The notes: generated by a model not told the origin, from the sequence alone. 46,783 bases of DNA from an uncultured Kiloniellales bacterium (GCA_964196275.1 CAXMSN010000004.1:1-46783), one strand, 5' to 3'. Positions 17,612-29,189 are shown, numbered from the stretch's first letter. Numbers and translations: made by a program.

Positions 17612-19630
17612 ATGAAGCTCTTACTCCTTCCCCTCTCCATACTGCTCGTCGCCACAGCGTGCACGCCGTCCAACTCCTCAGACGATGCGGATGGAGACAC
17701 CGTTGAAGATGCCGTTGAAGATGCAACGACAACTGTCGTTGCGCAGTCCTTTGCCGGAACGGTTGACGCACCCGAGTTTCCAGAGGGTTTGGATTGGATC
17801 AACACCGCGGAGCCGATCGCTCTGAACGATCTCAAGGGGAAGGTCGTGCTGCTCGACTTCTGGACCTATGGGTGCGTCAACTGCATCCACATCATCCCAG
17901 ACCTCGAAAGGCTTGAGGCCGAGTACCACGACGAACTCGTCGTCATCGGCGTCCACTCCGCAAAGTTCACCAACGAAGGCGAGACGGAGAACCTCAAGGA
18001 CATCGTCCAGCGATATGGCCTCGTCCATCCTGTCTTGAACGACAAGGACTTCACCGTGTGGAACCAGTGGGGAGCGAACGCCTGGCCGACGATCGCTCTG
18101 ATCGACCCTGCAGGCCGAGTAGTCGGGGTAAGAGCCGGCGAAGGTGTCTACGACGCTGTCGAACCCGTGATCGCAGGCCTCGTCGCAGAGTTCGATGCAG
18201 CCGGAGCGATCGATCGGCGGGTCGTCGAGTTTGAACTCGAGGCAGAGACGGCGCCGGCCCGTCCTCTCAGCTACCCGGGCAAGGTGCTCGCTGCCAATGG
18301 ACGGCTCTGGATCGCAGACTCCGGGCACAATCGCATCCTCGAGGTCGATCCGGCCACGGGAGACGTGCTCGCCGCGTTCGGTTCCGGTCGACGCGGCTTC
18401 GACAACGGAGAGGCCCTTGGATCGTCGTTCGATGACCCACAGGGCCTCACGTTCAATGCAGATACGAACGAGTTGTACGTGGCCGACACCGGGAACCACG
18501 CTGTGCGAGTCATCGACCTCGTCACGTCTGAGGTCGGGACGCTCCTGGGAACAGGGGAGCTCGGCTGGCCCCCGGCGCCTGGCAGGCTCGACGAGGTCAC
18601 ACTCAACTCGCCCTGGGATGTTCTGTACGAAGAAGGCGTCGTCTACATCGCAAATGCAGGAACACATCAGATCTGGGCAGCCGAACTCGCGACCGAGTTC
18701 GCTGGCCCGTTCATCGGTTCGGCGAGAGAAGGCACGGCGAACGGATCGTTCTCGGACACCGACCTCGCACAGCCCAGCGGTCTCGCCCTGACGGAGAACG
18801 GGGCGCTCTACATCGCGGACTCAGAGTCGAGTTCGATTCGTGTTGGCGACCTCATCACCGGGCTCACCTCTCTCGTCGTCGGTGGCGATGAGAATCTGTT
18901 TGCGTTCGGGGACGAGGACGGAGTCGGTAACGAGGCCAGGCTCCAGCATCCGCTTGGGCTCGCCTGGGACGGCACGACCCTCTACGTCGCAGACACCTAC
19001 AACTCCAAGCTGAAGCGAATCGACGTCGATGCATCCAGCATCGAGAGTTGGCTCGGGGCTGAGCCCGGGTGGGCGGACGGTGAAGTCCCCCTCTTCAACG
19101 AGCCTGGCGGCCTCTCGTATGCGGATGGCCTCCTCTACGTCGCAGACACGAACAACCATGCGATCCGCATCGTCAACACGGAGACCGGCGACACGAGGAC
19201 GCTCATCCTCAAGGGCGTCGAGAAGTTCAACCCGCCGTCAGAGTTCTTCGGTGAGGTGATCACTCTTGATCCCGTATCAGGTGCCGCTGGACAGGCGACG
19301 ATCGTCCTCAACTATCAATTGCCTGACGGATACAAGGTCAATGAGGACGCTCCGTCCTCGCTCGTGGTCGCTGGCGGGACGGTCGTCCTCGACCTATCTG
19401 ACGGGGAGACCGGAGATCTCACCGGAACGAAGCTTCCATCAACGGTCTCGGTCGATCTTGCGGAAGGATCGGGCGATGTGCTTCTCGACGTCACCCTCAT
19501 CTACTGCGAGACCGTTGCGACAAGCCTGTGCCTCATCGATCAAGTCCGCTACGAACTCCCCCTCGAAGTAGGCCCCGCCGGCCCCTCAACCCAGATCGTG
19601 ATAGAAAGAACCATCCCCACACCAGGCTGA
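17612..19630 (+). CDS. Thioredoxin-like + NHL-repeat lipoprotein (NHLRC2/SOQ1-like architecture)
   Basis: Lipobox LVATAC; LLDFWTYGCVNC, VIGVHSAKF, WPT; repeated LYVADTxNH/PxGL NHL units; C-terminal beta domain with YC..LC. Confidence 0.9.
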   Translation: MKLLLLPLSILLVATACTPSNSSDDADGDTVEDAVEDATTTVVAQSFAGTVDAPEFPEGLDWINTAEPIALNDLKGKVVLLDFWTYGCVNCIHIIPDLERLEAEYHDELVVIGVHSAKFTNEGETENLKDIVQRYGLVHPVLNDKDFTVWNQWGANAWPTIALIDPAGRVVGVRAGEGVYDAVEPVIAGLVAEFDAAGAIDRRVVEFELEAETAPARPLSYPGKVLAANGRLWIADSGHNRILEVDPATGDVLAAFGSGRRGFDNGEALGSSFDDPQGLTFNADTNELYVADTGNHAVRVIDLVTSEVGTLLGTGELGWPPAPGRLDEVTLNSPWDVLYEEGVVYIANAGTHQIWAAELATEFAGPFIGSAREGTANGSFSDTDLAQPSGLALTENGALYIADSESSSIRVGDLITGLTSLVVGGDENLFAFGDEDGVGNEARLQHPLGLAWDGTTLYVADTYNSKLKRIDVDASSIESWLGAEPGWADGEVPLFNEPGGLSYADGLLYVADTNNHAIRIVNTETGDTRTLILKGVEKFNPPSEFFGEVITLDPVSGAAGQATIVLNYQLPDGYKVNEDAPSSLVVAGGTVVLDLSDGETGDLTGTKLPSTVSVDLAEGSGDVLLDVTLIYCETVATSLCLIDQVRYELPLEVGPAGPSTQIVIERTIPTPG

Positions 19631-19640
19631 AGGTTCACTG

Positions 19641-19707
19641 ACAGCGAGCCACAGAACAGCCCTCGCGACTCTGGTCTGAGGTCTGTTGTCTGTCGTCTGC
19701 GGTCTTC
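19641..19707. repeat. Heptamer tandem repeats with an imperfect inverted repeat between convergent genes
   Basis: GGTCTGA GGTCTGT TGTCTGT CGTCTGC GGTCTTC (19673-19707) can pair with ACAGAACAGCCCTC (19651-19664). Confidence 0.5.
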
Positions 19708-19708
19708 T

Positions 19709-20164
19709 TCAAGCGTGTTCCACGGTCTCTTCGGAACTCATGGGTGACCCGCCGCTGTCGGCAGGCACGTGAACAACCGGCCTCGGCCGCTGTTGCGTGT
19801 CGTACACAGCCTGCTCCTGGGTCTCCTCAAGCATGATGAGTTCGACACCGCCAACGATGTCGGACACGAGGTTGTATAGGACCGCCATGAGCGTCATGAC
19901 GGCGGTCGTTCCTATGACCCAGATGATGCCGAACATGAGCACGACTCGGAAATAGAGCTCACCGTCGGGCGTGAACGCGATGGTCAATCGGCCAACGAGA
20001 TCGGCGAAGGCGTCAGGGATACCTCTTTGAACCGCGATCGACCACGCGACCCATACGCCAAGGGTCCACGCAAGGCCTATCGCTGCATTGATCACCAAGG
20101 CGACCTTGAGAACCGTCCAGGGATCGATCTTTCGGATGATGCGTCGAACTCGACGAACCGCCAT
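19709..20164 (-). CDS. DUF3566 domain-containing membrane protein
   Basis: RKIDPWTVLKV...AVLYNLVSDIVGGVE; typical actinobacterial position after gyrA. Confidence 0.9.
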   Translation of the reverse strand: MAVRRVRRIIRKIDPWTVLKVALVINAAIGLAWTLGVWVAWSIAVQRGIPDAFADLVGRLTIAFTPDGELYFRVVLMFGIIWVIGTTAVMTLMAVLYNLVSDIVGGVELIMLEETQEQAVYDTQQRPRPVVHVPADSGGSPMSSEETVEHA

Positions 20165-20245
20165 GGCACTCCCTTCGGCGCGCAGCTTACCTACGGGCCT
20201 CTGCTGCCCCTGCCATTGAGACGTCGTGGACCGGCGAAGCGTTCC

Positions 20246-22678
20246 CTACTCGTCCTCGACGGGAGCGATCGCAAGGGCCGAAAGTGCCGCACCATCGGCC
20301 AGGTTCATGACCTTGACGCCGGTGGTATCCCGACCCTGCCGTGAGATCGCTTTGGCTGCCGATCGGATGACGATCCCGTCTGAAGAGGTCACGACGATCT
20401 CGTCGGTGTCGGTGACCGCACGGGCAGCCGTGATCGATCCTCGGACCTTCGTCAACTTCATCGCCTTGATCCCGAGCCCTCCACGCTTCTGCGTACGGAA
20501 CGCTGACATCTTCGTGCGCTTTCCATAACCGCCTGTGGTGAGAAGCAGTACGTCCTCTGCCTCATCGGCGACGGCTGCAGCGACGACCTGGTCCCCTTCA
20601 CGGAGCCGGATCCCCCTGACTCCCTGGGATGCCCTTCCGAGAGGCCGAGCATCGGACTCAGAGAAACGGATGCCCTGGCCGTTTGCGGTGAACATCATCA
20701 GGTCGGAATCACCGTTGGTCTGCCTCACGGCAACCACCTCGTCGTCGTCCTTCAGGTTGATCGCAACGAGTACCTGGTTCCTGCTGTCGTAGTCCGAGAA
20801 CTTCGACTTCTTGACCACGCCCTGCTTCGTGAACATCACAAGGAACCGGTTCGTCTCGTAGTCCCTCGTGTCGATGACCTCTTCGACTATCTCGTCTGGC
20901 TCGAACGGAAGGACGGACTGGATCAACGACCCCTTTGCCGTGCGGTCCTTGCGTGGGATCTCGTGAGCCCTGACCCGGTACACCTTGCCCCTGTTCGTGA
21001 AGAACAGGAGATACGAATGTGCCGTCGTGTGCAGCATGTGCTCGACCACATCCTCGTCCCTGAGGCCCGCACCCTTGACTCCTCTGCCACCTCTTCCTTG
21101 CGTCCTGTACGCCTTCGACAGAACGGACTTCACATAGCCAGCAGCCGTGATGCTCACCACAAGTTCTTCATCTGCGATCAGGTCCTCAAGCGACATGGTG
21201 CCGAGATCCGGCACGATCCTCGAACGACGGTCATCGGCGAACTTGTCCCTGATCTCAGCCAGTTCCTCGCCGATCAATTCTCTCCGCATGCCCTCGTCGG
21301 CAAGGAGTCGTTCGAGATATGTGATCTTCTCCTCGAGGTCCGCCAGTTCCTCGCGCAACTTGCTCGTCTCAAGCGCGGTGAGCCTCCGAAGAGGCATGTC
21401 GAGAATGTGATTGGCCTGGACCTCGCTCAGATCGAAACTCTCCATCAACGACGTTCGTGCCTCATCCACGTTCGCTGATGCCCTGATGATCCTCACGACC
21501 TCGTCGATGCTGTCGAGGGCGATGAGCAGTCCACGCAGGATGTGCGCTCTCGCTTCGGCCTTTGCGAGCCTGAACTGCGATCGACGCTCTATGACCTCGA
21601 GTTGATGTGCGACGTAGTAGTGCACGAGTTGTGCGAGGTTCAACGTGCGTGGAACGCCATCGACGAGCGCCACGTTGTTTACGGCAAAGGTGTCCTCGAG
21701 TTGGCTGTGCTTCATGAGCAGATTCAGCACCACCTGAGGATTCGCATCTCGCTTCAGTTCGATGACGAGGCGGGTTCCGTGCCGATCTGACTCGTCACGA
21801 AGGTCAGCGATCCCGGCGATCGTCTTCATGCGAACGAGGAGAGCGATCTTCTCCATGATGCGATCGCGTGACATCTGATACGGGATCTCGGTGACGATGA
21901 TCGCGACCCGGTTCTTTCTCACCTCGACGACGTCGGTGACGGCTCGCATCTTGATCGATCCCCGTCCGGTCATCAACGCATCCTTCACACCCTTGTTGCC
22001 AACGATGTAGGCGCCTGTCGGGAAGTCCGGCCCCTTGACGAACTGCATCAGGTCGTCAACGGTCGCCTCGGGATGGTCGAGCGCATGGAGCACAGCGTCC
22101 GTCACCTCGCCGAGGTTGTGCGGAGCCATGTTGGTCGCCATTCCCACGGCGATTCCCGTGGAACCATTGACGAGGAGGTTTGGGAACCGGGAAGGAAGAA
22201 CGATGGGCTCTTCCCGCTCGCCTGAGTAGTTCGGCCTGAAGTCGACCGTGTCCTCGTCGATCCCGTCGAGCATGTGTGCGGCAAGCTTGGCGAGGCGTGC
22301 CTCGGTATATCTCATGGCAGCGGGTGGGTCGTCGACCGTTCCGAAGTTGCCCTGGGGTTCGACTAGTGGGCTTCGCAGGGCAAAGCTCTGGCCAAGCCGC
22401 ACCATCGAGTCGTATACCGCCTCAGGGGCGTGGGGGTGGAACCAGCCGACGACGTCGCCAACCACGCGGGCGCACTTACGGAACGGAGTCCCCGGGCGGA
22501 TGCCGCTGTCCCACATCGAGTACAACACACGACGGTGAACCGGTTTCAAGCCGTCCTTCACGTCTGGCAGGGCCCTCGAAACGATGACCGACATGGCGTA
22601 CTCCAGGAAGGAGTCCTGCATCTCGGTCTCGATGTCGATCGGGTGCAGATTTGGTGAAATGGGATCTTCGATGGTCAT
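20246..22678 (-). CDS. gyrA: DNA gyrase subunit A
   Basis: RALPDVKDGLKPVHRR, AAMRYTE (catalytic Tyr), GyrA-box QGRGGRG, C-terminal pinwheel repeats. Confidence 0.98.
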   Translation of the reverse strand: MTIEDPISPNLHPIDIETEMQDSFLEYAMSVIVSRALPDVKDGLKPVHRRVLYSMWDSGIRPGTPFRKCARVVGDVVGWFHPHAPEAVYDSMVRLGQSFALRSPLVEPQGNFGTVDDPPAAMRYTEARLAKLAAHMLDGIDEDTVDFRPNYSGEREEPIVLPSRFPNLLVNGSTGIAVGMATNMAPHNLGEVTDAVLHALDHPEATVDDLMQFVKGPDFPTGAYIVGNKGVKDALMTGRGSIKMRAVTDVVEVRKNRVAIIVTEIPYQMSRDRIMEKIALLVRMKTIAGIADLRDESDRHGTRLVIELKRDANPQVVLNLLMKHSQLEDTFAVNNVALVDGVPRTLNLAQLVHYYVAHQLEVIERRSQFRLAKAEARAHILRGLLIALDSIDEVVRIIRASANVDEARTSLMESFDLSEVQANHILDMPLRRLTALETSKLREELADLEEKITYLERLLADEGMRRELIGEELAEIRDKFADDRRSRIVPDLGTMSLEDLIADEELVVSITAAGYVKSVLSKAYRTQGRGGRGVKGAGLRDEDVVEHMLHTTAHSYLLFFTNRGKVYRVRAHEIPRKDRTAKGSLIQSVLPFEPDEIVEEVIDTRDYETNRFLVMFTKQGVVKKSKFSDYDSRNQVLVAINLKDDDEVVAVRQTNGDSDLMMFTANGQGIRFSESDARPLGRASQGVRGIRLREGDQVVAAAVADEAEDVLLLTTGGYGKRTKMSAFRTQKRGGLGIKAMKLTKVRGSITAARAVTDTDEIVVTSSDGIVIRSAAKAISRQGRDTTGVKVMNLADGAALSALAIAPVEDE

Positions 22679-22692
22679 GGTGCTCGCTCGTT

Positions 22693-24651
<1,959 letters not shown>

Positions 24652-24729
24652 TCATGGGCAACTAACACGCTTGTAAGTATACCTCCTGGGAGCGACAAAA
24701 CCCTTACCCTGCCTGAACTTTCGCAGGAA

Positions 24730-25056
24730 TTATGGAGCTCCGATTTTCACCTTTACAGCGGTCACTATCCCTGTCCCAAAATGCTCGTCAATGGCCTTCA
24801 GCAGGTCCGTTATCTGGTAGCGCAGGAGGGTCGCACCGGACCCGTCCGACACCTCAACGAGGAGCGTTTCGTCACGCACACCCACCGGTCTTCCAAACGT
24901 CACCCAGTCGTCTGGTGCGAATGCATCCCAATCGGCGACGAGTTGTCCGTGACGCACATCTATCCCCACCGAAGCCTTCTCGATGATCGTGCCGAGCACT
25001 TCACTGATCTCTGCGGGTTGCTTTGGTTCTTTCTCCCCGTAGTACTTCGCTCTCAT
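24730..25056 (-). CDS. DUF721/DciA family protein
   Basis: Lies between recF and gyrB with an ATGA overlap on recF; W..(x)..RPVGVRDETLLVEV..A..LRY pattern. Confidence 0.8.
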   Translation of the reverse strand: MRAKYYGEKEPKQPAEISEVLGTIIEKASVGIDVRHGQLVADWDAFAPDDWVTFGRPVGVRDETLLVEVSDGSGATLLRYQITDLLKAIDEHFGTGIVTAVKVKIGAP

Positions 25057-26144
25057 CCGGATACCTTCCCGTCTTGGACCGACCAACGTCGTCCTCCGAT
25101 CGGTACCTCATCTTCTCTCGCCGATGTGACGAAAACTTGACCCGTCGGCATCACATCGAGCACCCTTGCCGCACGATGGGGGTCGAGTTCGGAGAACACG
25201 TCGTCGAGCAACAGGATCGGGAGTTGATCACGAACCTCCTCGATGAGGCGGTACGCACCGATACGCATCGCCAACGCTGTCGTCCTCTGCTCTCCCTGGG
25301 AGGCCCGGCTCCGCGTCGGCCGTGAATCGAGCAGGATGTCGGGCTCGTCCCGATGGGGGCCGACTGTCGTCGTTCGAATCTCGAGCTCCTTCGGCCGCTT
25401 CTCCATGAGTGCAGCGGTCAGGGCATCGACCAGCCCCTCTTCGTCGTAGATGCCGTCAGATCCCCACGTCGAGCGATACGCCCACCGAAGCTCTCCCGAA
25501 CCTCCTACGACTTCATAGGCGTGTGACAGATGCGGCTGGAGGGACGTTGCTACGGATCGCCGGTGGAGCAGGACCTTCGCTCCCCCGATCGCAAGACGCT
25601 CATCCCACACGTCGAGCGTGACGGGATCCGTTCCTCGCCCTCCCTGCTTGAGGAGGGAGTTGCGTTGCCTCACCGCTCGTTCGTAGTCCGTCTGATCCGC
25701 GACCGCTTGTGGCCAGAGACGCGCAGCCAGGTCATCCAGAAAGTCTCTCCTCATCGCAGGACCACGCTTGATCACGTCAAGATCGTCGGGAACGAACGCG
25801 ACGATCGGAACGATCGTCAAGAGATCTCTCATCCGGGCTGGCTTCTTCCCGTTCACGAGGATCCTTCGCCTTCCCTCGATCGGGAGTTCGCATTCGATCG
25901 TCGTGTCACTCGCTCTCCCGGCGAAGCCACCTCTCACAACCGCGGCCGGCTGTCCATCCCGTACGAGAGCATCTTCGGGCACACCACGAAACGAGCGGGC
26001 GGTGCCTAGGTAGCCGATCGCCTCCAGCACCGACGTCTTCCCTTGGCCGTTGTCCCCAATAAGTACGTTGACCTGGGGGTCCGGCTCGAACCTGAGGGCT
26101 CCGTAGACACGGAAATCACGAAGCTCAAGCCAGGTGAGGTGCAC
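25053..26144 (-). CDS. recF: DNA replication/repair protein RecF
   Basis: GDNGQGKTS, GPHRDE, ASQGEQR, LLLDDVFSELD. Confidence 0.97.
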   Translation of the reverse strand: MHLTWLELRDFRVYGALRFEPDPQVNVLIGDNGQGKTSVLEAIGYLGTARSFRGVPEDALVRDGQPAAVVRGGFAGRASDTTIECELPIEGRRRILVNGKKPARMRDLLTIVPIVAFVPDDLDVIKRGPAMRRDFLDDLAARLWPQAVADQTDYERAVRQRNSLLKQGGRGTDPVTLDVWDERLAIGGAKVLLHRRSVATSLQPHLSHAYEVVGGSGELRWAYRSTWGSDGIYDEEGLVDALTAALMEKRPKELEIRTTTVGPHRDEPDILLDSRPTRSRASQGEQRTTALAMRIGAYRLIEEVRDQLPILLLDDVFSELDPHRAARVLDVMPTGQVFVTSAREDEVPIGGRRWSVQDGKVSG

Positions 26145-26151
26145 TGCTGCC

Positions 26152-27234
26152 TCAGAGGCGCACAGGCATCAACAGGTACCGGAAGTCTGCGCTTTCGCCT
26201 CCGTGGAGGAGGCCAGGCTTGAGGGGATCGGATGTCTCGATAACGATGTGCTGATCGTCAACCGCTGAGACGCCGTCGGTCAGATAGCGGGTGTTGAAGG
26301 CGATCGTCATGTCTTCGCCGGTGTACTCGCCTTCGAGCAGTTCGGTCGCTTCACCGACTTCCTGACGGATGACGGACAGTTCCACACCACCGCTGTGCAT
26401 CGCAAGGCGCACAGGAATGTGGTCTTCGGCAACGAGGGCCGCACGACCGACCGCCTCGAGGAGAGAGGCTTTCTCAACGATCAGGCGATTGGTATGTCCG
26501 TCGGGAAGCAACTGTCGATAATTCGGGAACGTGGAGTCGATGATGCGGGCGGTCATCCGGCCGTCGCTGGTCACGAACGAAGCTTCTCTTTCACCGAGCG
26601 TCACCTTCATGGGACCACCTCCAACCGTGCGTCCGAGGTCACGTAGTGCTCGGAACGGAACCAGTTTCGTTCCCTCCGTTGCGACACCAGGCATGTCACG
26701 GACAGCGAGGCGATAGGAGTCGGTGGCGACGAGTCTCAAGCTCTCCTCGGCCGCCTCGAACAGCACGCCAGTGAGCGTCGGACGGGCGTCGTCAGTCGAA
26801 GCTGCGATACCGACCTGTCCCAGCGCCTTGATGAGGCTCGTACCGTCGAGAGCAATCTCTTCACCGGAACCATCGGCATCAGCGATCTTCGGATAATCGT
26901 CGACCACCATCTCCCGGAGCTTGAAGCGCGGACCGTTCCCTGTGATCTCTACCTCACCGTCAGCTGAAGCGAGTGTCACTGCGCCAGCCGGCAGTTTTCT
27001 GACTGCCTCAGCCGCAAGCTTCGCGGGGATCACCGTCTTCCCCTCTTCGGTGACCTCAACCTCGAGGTAGGTGCGCACCGTGACCTCGTTGTCGGTTCCG
27101 GTGACAGTCAGTCGTCCGCCGCTGACCTCGCACAGGACACCCTGAAGAATCGGCAGCGGCGAGCGTGTGCCTACGGCCCTTGCCGCTCTGCCAAGCACAT
27201 CTGCCAGGTCGTCTCTTTCTGCTCTGATTCGCAC
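26152..27234 (-). CDS. dnaN: DNA polymerase III beta clamp
   Basis: ATDSYRLA, FPNYRQL, IAFN..YL, YLLMPVRL; downstream of dnaA. Confidence 0.97.
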   Translation of the reverse strand: MRIRAERDDLADVLGRAARAVGTRSPLPILQGVLCEVSGGRLTVTGTDNEVTVRTYLEVEVTEEGKTVIPAKLAAEAVRKLPAGAVTLASADGEVEITGNGPRFKLREMVVDDYPKIADADGSGEEIALDGTSLIKALGQVGIAASTDDARPTLTGVLFEAAEESLRLVATDSYRLAVRDMPGVATEGTKLVPFRALRDLGRTVGGGPMKVTLGEREASFVTSDGRMTARIIDSTFPNYRQLLPDGHTNRLIVEKASLLEAVGRAALVAEDHIPVRLAMHSGGVELSVIRQEVGEATELLEGEYTGEDMTIAFNTRYLTDGVSAVDDQHIVIETSDPLKPGLLHGGESADFRYLLMPVRL

Positions 27235-27429
27235 GTTCTGTTTTCCCCTCAGCTATTGCTGCTTCTGAATATTCTTCTTAAAGAGTAGATGTAGTAGTAG
27301 GCCCTGTGGATTGTGGATATGACCACGGAATCCTTGTCGTAGAGCGGTTTCGCCGTCCACAGGGGATGTGTACTGATCGCACGATATCCACGGTCGGGTT
27401 GGAATGAGAGGTCGGCCTGTGGATAGTCG
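27235..27429. other. oriC (dnaA-dnaN intergenic region): AT-rich stretch, DnaA-trios and DnaA boxes
   Basis: AATATTCTTCTTAAA (27268-27282); TAGATGTAGTAGTAG (27286-27300); tandem boxes TGTGGATTG/TGTGGATAT (27305-27320); further boxes CCGTCCACA (27353), ATATCCACG (27384) and TGTGGATAG (27418). Confidence 0.9.
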
Positions 27430-28821
27430 TCAACTTGTCCTCAGCTGTTGGGTGATCTCAGTCACCTGGTCATAGATCGACTTATCGGTTTGAAGAAGGT
27501 TGGTGATCTTGTCTACCGCATGCATCACCGTCGTGTGATCCCTGCCACCGAAAGCGGCGCCGATGCGGGGAAGGGAGAGGCCTGTGTGTTCTCTGGAGAG
27601 GTACATGCCAACCTGTCGTTGTCTGGCGAGGGGTTGCCTACGCGACGGGCCAACGAGTTCCGACCGTGACACTTCGTAATACTGTGCGACGGCCGAGATG
27701 ATCGTCTCGGCCGTAAGCGGGGCAACGGACTGCAGTTGTACGACATCGTGCAGGACGTTGGTAGCGAGGTCGAGAGTGACGGGTTCGTTGGTGAGCTTGG
27801 CGAAGGCGGTAACTCTCGTGAGAGCGCCTTCGAGTTCCCTGACATTGTCGGCAACGTTCTCTGCGATGAACTCCAGCACATCAGCAGGGATCGTTGAGCC
27901 GCCTGTGGCTGCGTTCTTTCTCAGGATCGCTAGGCGTGTTTCGATGTCTGGACTCTGGATGTCGGTGGTCAGGCCCCACTCGAATCGGCTCCGCAGACGA
28001 TCCTCGAGCGTCTTCAAATCTCGCGGCGCACGATCTGACGAGATGACGAGCTGATTGCCAGCCTCGTAGAGGGAGTTGAACGTGTGGAAGAACTCCTCGA
28101 GGACCATCTCCTTGCCCTCGAAGAACTGCACATCGTCGAGGAGAAGAACATCGACCTTCCGATACCTCGCCTTGAAGTCGTCCATGCGCTTGCGGCGGAT
28201 GCAGTTGATGAAGTCGTTGAAGAACGCCTCTGAGGTCACGTACTTCGCCACGGCGGTCGGGTCGAGCTCAAGACGGTGTTGACCGACCGCATGGAGCAGA
28301 TGGGTCTTGCCAAGGCCGGAACCGGCGTATATGAAGAGAGGGTTGTAATGACGGCCAGGTTGCTCAGCGACCGCTTGAGCGGCGGCGTGGGCGAAGCGAT
28401 TCGATGGCCCGACGACGAAGTTGTCGAACGAGTACCTAGCGAGCAGGTTCGAGGTGTCCCTCTGGGCAGGCGGAGTGTCGATCCGGTGTCGTGCGTGGTC
28501 GTCCAACGACGACTGATACGGGCCGCGCTCGCTTGGTCCGGGTTCCTGAGCAGGTTCGGGCGAGACAGTGACAGCGACGTCGAAGGGTTGGGGCCACACA
28601 GAAGAAGCGATCTCGTTGATCTGGTGCGTGTAGTTGTCCTGCACCCACGTGGCGTTGAATCTGTTCGGGGCCTCAAGTACGAGGGTCCCCTCGCTGTGGG
28701 AGACGGTCAAAGGTTTGATCCATGTCTCCCACTTCGCTGGCCCGATGACATCGCGAAGACGACTGTGAAACAGATCTATCTTTGAATCCACCGACCCAGG
28801 AGGCGTTGTTATAGCTCTCAC
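27430..28821 (-). CDS. dnaA: Chromosomal replication initiator DnaA
   Basis: YSFDNFVVGPSNRFA, YNPLFIY..SGLGKTHL, LLLDDVQF, RLRSRFEWGL, VRELEGAL, GGRDHTTV. Start taken as GTG 28821 after GAAAGGGA; the longer ORF runs across DnaA boxes. Confidence 0.97.
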   Translation of the reverse strand: MRAITTPPGSVDSKIDLFHSRLRDVIGPAKWETWIKPLTVSHSEGTLVLEAPNRFNATWVQDNYTHQINEIASSVWPQPFDVAVTVSPEPAQEPGPSERGPYQSSLDDHARHRIDTPPAQRDTSNLLARYSFDNFVVGPSNRFAHAAAQAVAEQPGRHYNPLFIYAGSGLGKTHLLHAVGQHRLELDPTAVAKYVTSEAFFNDFINCIRRKRMDDFKARYRKVDVLLLDDVQFFEGKEMVLEEFFHTFNSLYEAGNQLVISSDRAPRDLKTLEDRLRSRFEWGLTTDIQSPDIETRLAILRKNAATGGSTIPADVLEFIAENVADNVRELEGALTRVTAFAKLTNEPVTLDLATNVLHDVVQLQSVAPLTAETIISAVAQYYEVSRSELVGPSRRQPLARQRQVGMYLSREHTGLSLPRIGAAFGGRDHTTVMHAVDKITNLLQTDKSIYDQVTEITQQLRTS

Positions 28822-28858
28822 TCTTCTCGTCCCTTTCAGCGTGACGTGCCCCAGAAAT

Positions 28859-28891
28859 CTGTCCACACATCTATCCACAGGATGTGGAGAA
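28859..28891. promoter_or_regulatory. DnaA-box cluster upstream of dnaA (autoregulation or second origin half)
   Basis: CTGTCCACA (28859), CTATCCACA (28871), TGTGGAGAA (28883). Confidence 0.8.
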
Positions 28892-28974
28892 ATGTCATCA
28901 TGGGTATGGCAAGCCAAGCCCACGACTACAACTCCTCGGGGAAGAGCGGACACCCGCCCGTAAGAGCGACTGTC

Positions 28975-29004
28975 ACTGTATAGACGCCCCTCGCGCCAGT
29001 ACAA
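28975..29004 (-). promoter_or_regulatory. Candidate sigma-A promoter of dnaA
   Basis: Minus strand TTGTAC-N18-TACAGT upstream of the DnaA-box cluster. Confidence 0.4.
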
Positions 29005-29189
29005 GAGTGGCAAAATCGCGACAAAGGGCGACGTCGCACGCACCGTGCTTCGACAGATAGCCCAGTCATAGCAAGGGTTTCAAGAGGTTCGGTATCGCTG
29101 ATCGGCTGGCCGGTTGTTGGGGGTTTGCCCGGAATCGTCTTGTTCTGTGTTTCGCGAGGAGGCGAGAGTTTTCGCGCGTTGTGTAGGGG

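Noticed and set aside
19631-19708. tRNA expected after DUF3566
   Set aside because: No cloverleaf, T-loop GTTCRA or acceptor stem is visible on either strand.
28822-29043. N-terminal extension of DnaA to 537 aa
   Set aside because: It runs through the DnaA-box cluster and the candidate promoter and does not resemble DnaA domain I.
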